A DNA stretch of 43,900 bases from Clostridium sp. CAG:448 (GTDB taxonomy: Bacteria > Bacillota > Clostridia > Oscillospirales > CAG-272), in contig FR890455.1 of NCBI GenBank assembly GCA_000433415.1, forward strand, positions 1-43,900. Direction: 5' to 3'. The translations under genes and the position numbers were made by a program. Positions 17,745 to 26,936 of this stretch are shown here, in pieces. Every line of letters starts with the position of its first letter. Positions within the stretch are counted from its first letter, which is position 1. The notes below the pieces were generated by a model, which worked only from the letters and a program-made list of their open reading frames with translations, had not been told where the DNA came from and did not search any database.

Positions 17745-18595
17745 GTGAAATCTTCCTTGTGCAAAAATTATAAATCTTTGATTGACAAATGAACGAATTG
17801 TTTTTCATTGAATGGCAAGACGAGGATTTTTGGCTCAATAAAGAGGTGAGCGCATGCCTCTGCGGGGTGAAGGCGGTCGATGTGCATATGCGGGTTGAAA
17901 ATAGACAGATCAAGGAAAAATCGGATGAAATGGTGACCTTGGGACAAGGGCCTGGTAAGTGGGACGTTAAAAGCTGCTCCGATCAAAACGGAAGGTTTGT
18001 TTTGCGTAGCGCATTCATTTGGTCTTTGGGGGGGGATTGAAACGCGCGTTTCGACAGGCTTGGAATTTGAACTCCTGCGGATGTTGTGTAGCGCAGGGCA
18101 CAAGGAAAAGCCGGAAAGTTATGGCGGTTATCTTTATGTAAAAATGTATCCGATTAACAAAATAGGAAGAAAATGGAATATTTAACAATAAAAAATGGCG
18201 GAACGGGCGCAAAGAAGCCTTCGGAATAAAAATTGTGGATGTTGCGCATGTGTAGAAATTTTGGCTCCGAAATTGTGCAATATGCGCAAAAAGAAAAAGC
18301 TGTTTTAGTTGGAAAAATCAGGAAAGAAGAAGAAAAGAACTTTTGTAGAGTAAATATAATTTACTGTCAAAGAAGAACGACATTTTGCGGGGCAAAAACG
18401 AGTGGCAAATGGTACAAAATCGAATCCGACAGTACGCCATATGTGCAAAAATAACGTAAATAAAAATTACAATTTGAGAAAGGGAAGATTCTGCGGTTTT
18501 GAGAGCCGAAAGTGTGTATGGTACGAATGGACGGTTTGTATGTGAAGATTTGGTGTCGGGCAGTGCGACACGGGGTGAGGGGAAAATGTTTGTGC

Positions 18596-18624
18596 TTGAC
18601 AAAGGCGGGGCGGTGTGGTATGAT
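18596..18624 (+). promoter_or_regulatory. Candidate sigma-A promoter of the seven-gene transporter operon
   Basis: TTGACA (18596-18601), a 17-nt spacer, then TGgTATGAT (18619-18624). Confidence 0.6.
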
Positions 18625-18630
18625 ATAGCT

Positions 18631-19166
18631 ATCAATTTAGGGCATTTTGCACCCATGAATTGCGATGCAGGCGCCCGTCGTGCACAAACGCCTCTTGAAT
18701 AAGGAGGCGTTTGCGCAAAAGAACCGCCGCGGCAGGTGGCGTCCGGGACCGAGGGACGGCATTTGCAGCGGCGGGTCTTGGCCGAAGCTTTTGCAGCGGC
18801 GTGTCTTGACCGACAATTGCATAGCAATCATGCTGAATGCCGCGGATCGTGACTCCCGGGATGCCCGTTTATCGTGCGGATCGGGAGGAGACGATGGGCT
18901 TTTTACCGGCGCGAGCCGTGTAGAGGTGCGGTCCGGTCGTACGTTGCCGGATACCGTTGCTGCGGTTGCTGCGAAAGCGAGACCGTGCATTGCTTGCCGA
19001 CGGATTGTTTCCTTGTTTCCTTGAGATCGGTTCTGCTCGGAACGGATGGCAGGGGAAGAGGCGATTTGCCGGCGGCGGGCACAGGTATGATTGGCGGCGC
19101 ACAATACCCCAATTGGGTCGGCGGTTTTCCGCGCCGGATCCAAAGAAATGCAGGAGGAAAGGTTTA
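18631..19166 (+). promoter_or_regulatory. Long (about 535 nt) GC-rich non-coding 5' leader with hairpins and short tandem repeats
   Basis: No protein-like ORF exists on either strand. A 10-bp hairpin CAAACGCCTC/GAGGCGTTTG lies at 18685-18714. A 24-nt direct repeat TTTGCAGCGGCG(G/T)GTCTTG(G/A)CCGA occurs at 18762-18785 and 18790-18813. GTTGCTGCG occurs twice (18956-18973) and TTGTTTCC twice (19005-19020). Confidence 0.4.
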
Positions 19167-22100
19167 ATGAAGAAAACGAAATTCCAAAGATTCGCGGCGT
19201 GCCTTCTCGCGCTTACAATGCTTCTGGGATCCGCTCTGGTTTCTGTCAGTGCGGCAACCGGGACATCTGATGCGTCGAGCGGTTCGTCCGTTACGGACAA
19301 GAGTCTGCAGGAAATCCGCGAGTTGCTCAATGCGATTTCGTACAGTGAGTACGTTCTGTCCGACGTATTTACCACGACTGGATACGCAAAGGAGCAGATT
19401 GTCATCGATGTGCTGGCAGATATTGATACGAGCAGAGACGGAAACTGCTACATTGACGATGAAAAGGTCAAAGAGCTGACCGCGGGCGGAAATGCAGATA
19501 AGGTGAATGACTATGCACATAAGTCCACCCTTTACCGTGACGCAGACGGCAATGAGATTGAGAGCCTTTATACGCCGTCCAACGGTTCCGTGTCTTGGAA
19601 GGTGGAACTCAGCGAAAGCGCCAAGTATGCCATCGTGATCGAATATTACGCGGTGACGGGCAAGGCGACGGCTGTGGAACGTGTTTTCAAAATCAATGAT
19701 AAAGTGCCTTTTTCCGAGGCGCGTTACCTGACGCTGAACAAAAACTGGGTGACAGAGCCTGTCCAGTATCAGTTGCGTGACGGCGAAACGGCTGAAAGTG
19801 CGAAAGCGGATTTGGAATCGATCGGTTTGACCGTTACCAAGGATGAGAGCGGAAATCTTTACTGTGCAATTCCGGAGGTTTGGGATGAAGAACTTGTCAA
19901 GGCGTGTGAAGATCGCGGCTTGCGCTTCTTCTTGACTGACGTTACCAATAATGAGATCCGCAGTGCCGCGGTGCAGGCGCCTGTGTGGACAAATTATTAT
20001 CTGCGCGATTCCAGCGGATACTATACAGATAACTTTGTTTTTGCCCTGGAGAAGGGAACCAACATCCTGACCCTGGAAGGCAAGAACGAACCCCTTGCAA
20101 TCAAATCCATTCGCCTGGTTCCGGTGGAAGAAACGCCGACCTATGATGAGTACATCAAGAATCTGGGGAGTGTGAAGAACAATGCCAACAGCACAGTGCG
20201 TCTGGAAGCGGAGTATCCCAATGCCACTTCCTCCAAGACCATTTATCCGACTGAGGACCGTTCCGATGCTGCGAACTCGCCGTCGGATGTTTCCCGCACG
20301 GTGATGAATACGCTGGGTGGTGAAAAATGGCAGACTGCCGGTCAGTATGTCGAGTACAACTTCCGCGTCAGCGGCTCGGGTATGTATGACCTGATTTCCC
20401 ATTTCCGCCAAAATATCCTGGACGGCATGTATGTGTGCCGCAGCCTGGAGATTTACAGCCATAACGTGGAAGAGGGAACTGCCGGCTACTACAACGGTGC
20501 ACCCTTTGAAGAAGCAAAGTCGTTGCGCTACAATTACAGTGCCAACTGGAATGTAACAAAACTGACAGACGGATCCACCGGGTCGGACGGTAAGACCCGC
20601 AACTACCCAATCTACTTTGTGGGAACCGACGATAATAAGGATGCATATTACACCATCCGTTTTGTGGTTACGCTCGGCTCCATGGGTGATATTGTCCGCG
20701 AAGTACAGGAAATTTTGAATTCCGTCAACAATGACTATCTGAACATCCTTCGTCTGACCGGTGCAAACCCCAATACATACAACTCTTACGGATTCTCCCG
20801 CGTCATGCCGGATACCCTGATCGACATGATCGTACAGTCCAGAAGACTGGACAATTCCGAAAACAAGAACAATAAGAATTATCAGCCTGGACTTGCGGAA
20901 CGGTTGACCACCCTGGCAGGACAGAAATCCTCTAACGTTGGTACGCTGCAGCGGATCGCGGATCTGCTCAAGAAGATGGGAACCGACGAAGAAGAAATTC
21001 CCACGAACCTTGAAAACCTCAAGACCTATATCGGGACCCTGGGAACCTTCCTTTCGGACGCACAGACACAGCCGCTGCTTCTTGACTATATCCTGATTCG
21101 TCCTGCGGATTCTGCCGAAAAGATGCCACGCGGCAAGGCGGGATTCTTCCAGGCGATTGCGCACGAAGTCTCCGGCTTCTTCATGAGCTTTGTCCGTGAC
21201 TATAACAGCATGGGTTCCATGGACGAGGATGCGGACAAGAGCATTGAAGTATGGCTGGCATACGGACGTGACCAATCTCAGGTTATCCGTAACCTGATTA
21301 ACAATGACTTTACACCGAATACCGGTGTTGCGGTTGACCTGAAGCTGGTTGCGGCTGCAACTCTTCTGCCTTCCATTTTGTCTGGCTCCGGACCGGATGT
21401 TTATCTGGGGCTGGGACAGGCGGATGTTATCAACTACGCGATTCGTTCTGCACTGATCAATATTGATGACCGTGCGGATTTTGCTGAAGTGCGTGACAAC
21501 TTCAACGATGCAGCAATGCTGGTGCTTGGTATTGAAGATGCAGACCAGATCATGCATTACTACGGGCTGCCTGAAACGCAATCCTTTACCATGATGTTTG
21601 TCCGTGACGACGTGCTTGCAGACCTCGGTCTGGAAGTACCCAAGACATGGGACGATATTCTGGCGGCGGTTCCAGTGCTCCAGTCGCAGAAGATGGAAAT
21701 CGGTCTGACCACGGACTTCCAGATTTTCCTGTATCAGCGCAACGGTGAGCTGTTTGCGGATAACGGTATGAGAATCAACCTGGATTCGGTTGTGGGACTT
21801 TCTTCCTTCGAATATATGTGTAACCTGTTTACGCAGTATTCTTTCCCGTATACCTACAATGCGGCAAACCGTTTCCGTACCGGTGAAATGCCGATCATCA
21901 TCGGTGATTACACCGCTATGTACAACCAACTGAAGGTTTTTGCAACTGAAATCGAAGGCGCATGGGAATTCCTTCCGATGCCCGGTATCAAGCAGGAAGA
22001 CGGCAGTATCAACAATGTGTCGATTTCTTCCATTGCGGCTGTTGTCATGGTGTCCGGCGTTGAGGACAAAGACAGCGCTTGGGAGTATATGAAGTGGTAC

Positions 22101-22871
22101 ACCGGAAAGGATTGCCAGAGCGACTATACCAACGAGATGGTTGCAATCCTTGGTCCTTCCGCAAAGCACCCGACGGCGAATAAGTACGCGCTGGAGGATT
22201 TGCCCTGGACGACCTCGGAGCTGGCACAGGTGCAGGCACAGTTCAACAACCTCGCGGCAGTGCCGAACTATCCCGGTGCTTACATTATCGGTCGTTATAC
22301 CAACTTCGCATTCCTGTCCGCTTATAACGACAAAGCTGACCCTGCCGAATCCATTCTTTCTTACGTGCCGACCATCAACAAGGAAATTACACGTAAGCGG
22401 AACGAATTCAAGCTGGAAACCCTGGAGGCGGGCGAAACGCTTGCAAGCAAGCGTTTGAACCAGGCAACCGGTCTGCTCGATAAGATTGAGAAGAACAGCG
22501 ACTATAAGAGCGATTATGCAGAGGTAATCCGTGAGGCGAAGGCTGCAATCAAAGATCAGAACGAAAACGGTCTGATGATGGCGGCGGAAAAATTGCGCGG
22601 AATTCTGCGTGAACTGGATCCGAATTATCAGTATGTCGAATCTCATGCGAACGACGGTAATACCAATTATAAGAACAGTACTTATTGGAAGAATCTTGAA
22701 TCACTCATGGGCTACGATATGAATGATTTAAGCCTGACAAACAAAGAGAAGAAAAAGCTGAGAAAGTGCTACTACTACGAAGCCTACGATCTGACAGACG
22801 AGATGGCAACGCTTCTGCACTTTGCCGCTGAGTATATGGAAGACGCAGCAGCTGCGCTTTCCACATATTGA
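19167..22871 (+). CDS. Giant secreted ABC substrate-binding protein (family 1 core) with a roughly 690-aa N-terminal extension carrying two CBM-like modules, plus a C-terminal helical tail
   Basis: AGGAGG (19152-19157) precedes the ATG at 19167. Signal peptide MKKTKFQRFAACLLALTMLLGSALVSVSA. CBM-like segments include SWKVELSESAKYAIVIEYY... and RLEAEYPNATS...GEKWQTAGQYVEYNFRVSGSGMYDL. The binding-protein core starts near aa 691 (IEVWLAYGRDQSQVIRNLINNDFTPNTGVAVDLKLV...). The track ORF start at 18957 is an extension. Confidence 0.85.
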   Translation: MKKTKFQRFAACLLALTMLLGSALVSVSAATGTSDASSGSSVTDKSLQEIRELLNAISYSEYVLSDVFTTTGYAKEQIVIDVLADIDTSRDGNCYIDDEKVKELTAGGNADKVNDYAHKSTLYRDADGNEIESLYTPSNGSVSWKVELSESAKYAIVIEYYAVTGKATAVERVFKINDKVPFSEARYLTLNKNWVTEPVQYQLRDGETAESAKADLESIGLTVTKDESGNLYCAIPEVWDEELVKACEDRGLRFFLTDVTNNEIRSAAVQAPVWTNYYLRDSSGYYTDNFVFALEKGTNILTLEGKNEPLAIKSIRLVPVEETPTYDEYIKNLGSVKNNANSTVRLEAEYPNATSSKTIYPTEDRSDAANSPSDVSRTVMNTLGGEKWQTAGQYVEYNFRVSGSGMYDLISHFRQNILDGMYVCRSLEIYSHNVEEGTAGYYNGAPFEEAKSLRYNYSANWNVTKLTDGSTGSDGKTRNYPIYFVGTDDNKDAYYTIRFVVTLGSMGDIVREVQEILNSVNNDYLNILRLTGANPNTYNSYGFSRVMPDTLIDMIVQSRRLDNSENKNNKNYQPGLAERLTTLAGQKSSNVGTLQRIADLLKKMGTDEEEIPTNLENLKTYIGTLGTFLSDAQTQPLLLDYILIRPADSAEKMPRGKAGFFQAIAHEVSGFFMSFVRDYNSMGSMDEDADKSIEVWLAYGRDQSQVIRNLINNDFTPNTGVAVDLKLVAAATLLPSILSGSGPDVYLGLGQADVINYAIRSALINIDDRADFAEVRDNFNDAAMLVLGIEDADQIMHYYGLPETQSFTMMFVRDDVLADLGLEVPKTWDDILAAVPVLQSQKMEIGLTTDFQIFLYQRNGELFADNGMRINLDSVVGLSSFEYMCNLFTQYSFPYTYNAANRFRTGEMPIIIGDYTAMYNQLKVFATEIEGAWEFLPMPGIKQEDGSINNVSISSIAAVVMVSGVEDKDSAWEYMKWYTGKDCQSDYTNEMVAILGPSAKHPTANKYALEDLPWTTSELAQVQAQFNNLAAVPNYPGAYIIGRYTNFAFLSAYNDKADPAESILSYVPTINKEITRKRNEFKLETLEAGETLASKRLNQATGLLDKIEKNSDYKSDYAEVIREAKAAIKDQNENGLMMAAEKLRGILRELDPNYQYVESHANDGNTNYKNSTYWKNLESLMGYDMNDLSLTNKEKKKLRKCYYYEAYDLTDEMATLLHFAAEYMEDAAAALSTY

Positions 22872-22909
22872 CCGTCTTCCGATTATAAATCCACAAAGGA
22901 GAAACGCAT

Positions 22910-23857
22910 ATGTCAGAAAGAACGGCAACTAAAAAAGCTGTTTCGCGGAAAGATATGACCAAGGCGCAGTGGACATGGAAAGAGATGAAGCGCAACTGGG
23001 TTGCCTATGTAATGGTTGCCCCGTACATGATTCTCTTTACGCTGTTTACCGTTGTGCCGGTGGTGCTTTCCATCTTCATCAGCTTTACGGACTTCAATAT
23101 GCTGGAATGGCCGAACTTCGTTTTTCTGGACAACTACATCACGTTGTTCTTTGATGACGATATTTTCCTCATTGCAGTCAAAAACACTTTCATTTTCGCG
23201 GTGATTGTCGGACCTGCCTCCTACCTGATGTCTTACATGGTGGCGTGGTTCATCAATGAATTGCCGCCTAAGATCCGGGCGGTTGTAACCCTGATCTTCT
23301 ACGCGCCTTCCATTTCCGGTCAGGTTTACTTGATTTGGGGTACCTTGTTCTCGTCCGACTCCTATGGTTGGGTCAACGCAACATTGCTCAAACTTGGACT
23401 GATTGACAAGGAGATTTTGTTCTTCCAGGATGAAAAATACGTAATGCCTCTGTGTATTATCGTTTCGCTTTGGACCTCGTTGGGTACTTCCTTCCTGGCG
23501 TTTATCGCAGGTTTGCAGGGGGTTGACCGCTCGCTTTACGAAGCGGGTGCGGTGGACGGTGTCAAGAACCGTTGGCAGGAACTTTGGTATATTACGTTGC
23601 CGTCTATGAAGCCGCAGTTGATGTTTGGTGCGGTGATGTCCATTACCGGTTCGTTTGGATTTGGCGGTATCGTTACCGCGCTTGCCGGTTTCCCGTCCGT
23701 CAACTACTGTGCACATACCATCATGCACCATCTGGAAGACTACGGCGGACAGCGATATGAAATCGGTTATTCTTCTACCATCGCGGTCATTCTGTTTGCC
23801 ATTATGATGGGCGCGAACATGTTGGTGAAGAAAATACTCTCGAAGGTAGGTACGTAA
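22910..23857 (+). CDS. Carbohydrate ABC transporter permease (MalF/LplB-like), pair 1
   Basis: Six-TM MetI-like pattern with EAA loop LYEAGAVDGVKNRWQELWYITLPSMKP. RBS AAAGGAG. Confidence 0.9.
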   Translation: MSERTATKKAVSRKDMTKAQWTWKEMKRNWVAYVMVAPYMILFTLFTVVPVVLSIFISFTDFNMLEWPNFVFLDNYITLFFDDDIFLIAVKNTFIFAVIVGPASYLMSYMVAWFINELPPKIRAVVTLIFYAPSISGQVYLIWGTLFSSDSYGWVNATLLKLGLIDKEILFFQDEKYVMPLCIIVSLWTSLGTSFLAFIAGLQGVDRSLYEAGAVDGVKNRWQELWYITLPSMKPQLMFGAVMSITGSFGFGGIVTALAGFPSVNYCAHTIMHHLEDYGGQRYEIGYSSTIAVILFAIMMGANMLVKKILSKVGT

Positions 23858-23860
23858 GTT

Positions 23861-24733
23861 ATGGCGAAATTAAGAACAAGAAAACATAAAGTCGTACTTG
23901 CCCGTTCCGCGGGGGGCGATGCATTTATCACTGTAATTTTGGTCATCCTGGGCGCATTTATGTTCCTGCCGATGCTGTATGTGTTCATGCAGGCGCTGAA
24001 GCCGTTGGATGAGTTGTGGATGTACCCGCCACGCTTCTACGTGATGAGCCCGACCTTATCCAACTTTACGGATTTGTTCCAGCTCATGAACACTTCCTGG
24101 GTTCCGTTTTCCCGTTACGTTTTCAATACCGTTCTGACGTCCGTTGCCGGTACTTTCGGACACCTGTTCCTTGCATCTCTTGCGGCATACTGCATGGCAA
24201 AGATCAAGTTTCCCGGGCGCAACGCCATGTTCTGGACGGTACAGACCTCACTGATGTTCAACTCCACCGTTACGACCATTACCTCCTTCATTCTGATGTC
24301 GGCTTTGGGTTGGTTGGATACCTACTGGGCGCTGATCGTTCCTGCGTGGTGTAGTTCCTTGGGACTTTATCTGATGAAGCAGTTCATGGATACCAACATC
24401 ACCGATGCGGTTTTGGAGTCCGCGCGGCTTGACGGCGCGAGAGAATTGCGCATTTATTGGACCATTGCGATGCCCATGGTTAAGCCTGCATGGCTGACCC
24501 TGATCATTTACTGCTTCCAGAACCTGTGGAATGCGGGAGCTTCTATGTACATTTACTCCGAGCAGTTGAAATCCTTCAACTATGCCATCGGTCAGATTAC
24601 CGCGGGCGGTATCAAGCGTGCCGGTGCGTCGGCAGCCGCTTCTGTGGTCATGATGATGGTGCCGATCATTGTGTTTGTTATTTCACAGTCCAACATCATT
24701 GAGACCATGGGCTCCAGTGGTATGAAGGACTGA
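23861..24733 (+). CDS. Carbohydrate ABC transporter permease (MalG/LplC-like), pair 1
   Basis: EAA loop VLESARLDGARELRIYWTIAMPMVKP. It starts 3 nt after the upstream stop. Confidence 0.9.
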   Translation: MAKLRTRKHKVVLARSAGGDAFITVILVILGAFMFLPMLYVFMQALKPLDELWMYPPRFYVMSPTLSNFTDLFQLMNTSWVPFSRYVFNTVLTSVAGTFGHLFLASLAAYCMAKIKFPGRNAMFWTVQTSLMFNSTVTTITSFILMSALGWLDTYWALIVPAWCSSLGLYLMKQFMDTNITDAVLESARLDGARELRIYWTIAMPMVKPAWLTLIIYCFQNLWNAGASMYIYSEQLKSFNYAIGQITAGGIKRAGASAAASVVMMMVPIIVFVISQSNIIETMGSSGMKD

Positions 24734-24749
24734 TAAGGGAGGGAACGAA

Positions 24750-26915
24750 ATGAAAAAACTGACCGCAATATTTTGTGTCGTCTTCGTTGCGCTCTTGCTC
24801 CTGACGGCGTTTCCGCTCCGTGCCAGTGCCGGCTCGGCATATCAGACTTATACATACTCCATTGACGGCTATGCCCTGTATTCGCCGGATGCGTATACGG
24901 CTGTAACCACTGTGGACTCGGAGTATATGGGATTGCTGGATAAGTCATTGTTCGCAAATCCTGTTGCGATTGATAATCCCGGCGATATGGTTACGGATGA
25001 CGACGGCAATGTTTACATCGCCGATACCGGTAATAACCGGATCGTTGTTTTGGACCGTTACTATAAGGTGCGTTTTGTAATTACCGAATTCCGGAACGAT
25101 CAGGGCGTTGCGGATGCACTGACGGCGCCGCAGGGTGTGTTCGTCACCGACGAAAACATTTGGGTTTGCGACTCAGGTGCCAACCGGATCGTGGCATTCG
25201 ACCGGGACGGTAACTTTGACCGCCTTGTCGAGGAACCGGAAAGTGAATTGTTTGAATCCGATTCCGTTTATAAGCCGGTTGCGATGGCAGTCGACCAATA
25301 CGGCAGACTGTATGTCGTTTCTTCTACGACTTATCAGGGAATCATTGTCATGACCAATGACGGTGAGTTTAACGGTTTTATCGGTACACAGGCAGTGGCG
25401 CTTTCCGCTTGGGAAATCCTTTGGCGTCGTTTCCAAACCGACGCGCAGAAGGAATATGCCGATGAAGTTGTCGCAACCGAGTTCAATAACATTACGATCA
25501 ACAAAGACGGTTTCATTTATGTAACCACCTCTTCCATTAAGGATTCCTCTGTAGAGAGTGCAATCAAGGGAAAAGATAAGAAGGGTACATACATGCCGGT
25601 CAAGATGCTGAATGCCAACGGCGATGAAATCATGCGCCGGAACGGCTTCTGGGCTCCTGCCGGAGAGATTGACTATGCTACGGAATCCACTGCGGAAATC
25701 CGCGGCGTATCCACAATCATTGACGTTGCTGTCGGTGAAGAAGGCACGTGGTCCATCATTGACGAAAAGAGAAACCGTGTTTATACCTACGATTTTGACG
25801 GAAACCTGCTTTACGCTTTCGGCGACAGCGGCACCATGTTGGGCGGTCTTGCCAGTGTGGAGGCAATCACGTATCAGGGCGATACCATGCTGATACTGGA
25901 TAAGACCAACGACAACATTACGGTGTTCAACCGTACCGAGTACGGTGATATTCTGATTCAGGCATTGGCGGCAGAAAACACACAGGATTACGATCTTGCC
26001 ATCAACCTGTGGACGGAAGTTCTGAAGCGTAACAACAACTTCGATGCGGCATACGTCGGTATCGGAGATGCGATGTACCGGAACGGACAGTATCAGGAAT
26101 CGCTTGCCTACTATGAGGCTGCGTATGAAACGACCGGCTGGTCCAAGTCCTATAAGGAAATCCGTACAGAGTGGATGTCAACCTACTTCTTGCTGTTCGT
26201 TGTCATCATTGTTGCCGTCATTGTTGGTGTGGTTCTCTTGTTCAAGACAATGGGAAAGATCAACAAGAAAGCAACTCACAACGGCAGAGCCCGCAAAACC
26301 TACGGACAGGAAGTTGCGTATGCGTTCCACGTTATCGCACATCCGTTTGACGGTTTTTGGGATCTGAAGCATGAGCACAGAGGTTCTGTGCGCGGTGCAC
26401 TGACCATTATTGCCGTTACCGTTCTTGTGTTCTTCTATCAGGCAATCGGTTCCGGTTATCTGGTCAATCCGTATGGTGGTTACACTACGATTTTCACGCA
26501 GTTGCTTGCTGTCCTGGTTCCTCTGTTCCTGTTCGTTGTGGCAAACTGGTGTCTGACCACCTTGTTTGACGGCGAAGGTAGCTTTAAGGATGTGTTCATC
26601 GCGGCAGGATACAGCCTGACACCGATCCCGCTGTTGGTTCTTCCTGCGACCATCTACTCCAACTTTGCAATCAGCACCGAGGTGGATATCATTTCCTTTG
26701 TGGGAACCTTGGCGTTTATCTGGATGGGAATTCTCCTGTTCTTCGGTACGCAGGTTACGCATGACTACGGTATCGGCGGAAATGTCCTTGCCATTCTGGG
26801 AACCGCTGTGGGTATGATCTTTATCATGTTCTTTGCAATTCTGTTTTCCACGCTTGTCGCAAAGCTGGTCAGCCTTGTGACCAACATTGTGGTGGAGTTG
26901 CAGTACAGAATGTAA
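24750..26915 (+). CDS. Membrane protein with a signal peptide, a six-bladed NHL-repeat propeller, a TPR-like segment, one TM helix and a C-terminal Yip1-like multi-TM domain
   Basis: NHL repeats include PGDMVTDDDGNVYIADTGNNRIVVLD and PQGVFVTDENIWVCDSGANRIVAFD. TPR-like segment AYVGIGDAMYRNGQYQESLAYYEAAYE. TM helix at aa 477-498. Yip1-like region HPFDGFWDL...FDGEGSFKDVFIAAGYSLTPIPLL. RBS GGGAGGG. Confidence 0.85.
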   Translation: MKKLTAIFCVVFVALLLLTAFPLRASAGSAYQTYTYSIDGYALYSPDAYTAVTTVDSEYMGLLDKSLFANPVAIDNPGDMVTDDDGNVYIADTGNNRIVVLDRYYKVRFVITEFRNDQGVADALTAPQGVFVTDENIWVCDSGANRIVAFDRDGNFDRLVEEPESELFESDSVYKPVAMAVDQYGRLYVVSSTTYQGIIVMTNDGEFNGFIGTQAVALSAWEILWRRFQTDAQKEYADEVVATEFNNITINKDGFIYVTTSSIKDSSVESAIKGKDKKGTYMPVKMLNANGDEIMRRNGFWAPAGEIDYATESTAEIRGVSTIIDVAVGEEGTWSIIDEKRNRVYTYDFDGNLLYAFGDSGTMLGGLASVEAITYQGDTMLILDKTNDNITVFNRTEYGDILIQALAAENTQDYDLAINLWTEVLKRNNNFDAAYVGIGDAMYRNGQYQESLAYYEAAYETTGWSKSYKEIRTEWMSTYFLLFVVIIVAVIVGVVLLFKTMGKINKKATHNGRARKTYGQEVAYAFHVIAHPFDGFWDLKHEHRGSVRGALTIIAVTVLVFFYQAIGSGYLVNPYGGYTTIFTQLLAVLVPLFLFVVANWCLTTLFDGEGSFKDVFIAAGYSLTPIPLLVLPATIYSNFAISTEVDIISFVGTLAFIWMGILLFFGTQVTHDYGIGGNVLAILGTAVGMIFIMFFAILFSTLVAKLVSLVTNIVVELQYRM

Positions 26916-26936
26916 CTTAGAGGAGAGGAGAAAAAA

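Noticed and set aside
17930-17995. GGGACAAGGGCC...GTGGGACGTTAAAAGC, reminiscent of the GGCAAACC...GGGACGCAAAGCC core of c-di-GMP-I (GEMM-I) riboswitches
   Set aside because: It matches only partially by eye. I could draw no convincing P1/P2 helices, and no gene lies downstream within about 1.2 kb. It needs an Infernal scan before any claim.
17998-18043. The sequence ...GGGGGGGGATTGAAAC resembles the 3' end of some CRISPR repeats
   Set aside because: There is only one copy. No regularly spaced repeats exist and no cas genes occur in the window.
19001-19030. GGATTGTT... at the start of a possible BglG/SacY-type RAT antiterminator site in the operon leader
   Set aside because: The rest of the RAT consensus (…CAGGCAAAACC) is absent. 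There is no overlapping terminator, and no PRD-type antiterminator gene lies nearby.
19164-22646. A 1160-aa open reading frame antisense to the giant binding-protein gene
   Set aside because: Its codons are exactly in register with the sense codons (both start at positions divisible by 3). Antisense stops can therefore arise only from sense TTA, CTA or TCA codons, which this genome evidently avoids. The translation is Cys/Arg/His-rich and not protein-like, and there is no RBS. It is a codon-bias artefact, not a gene.
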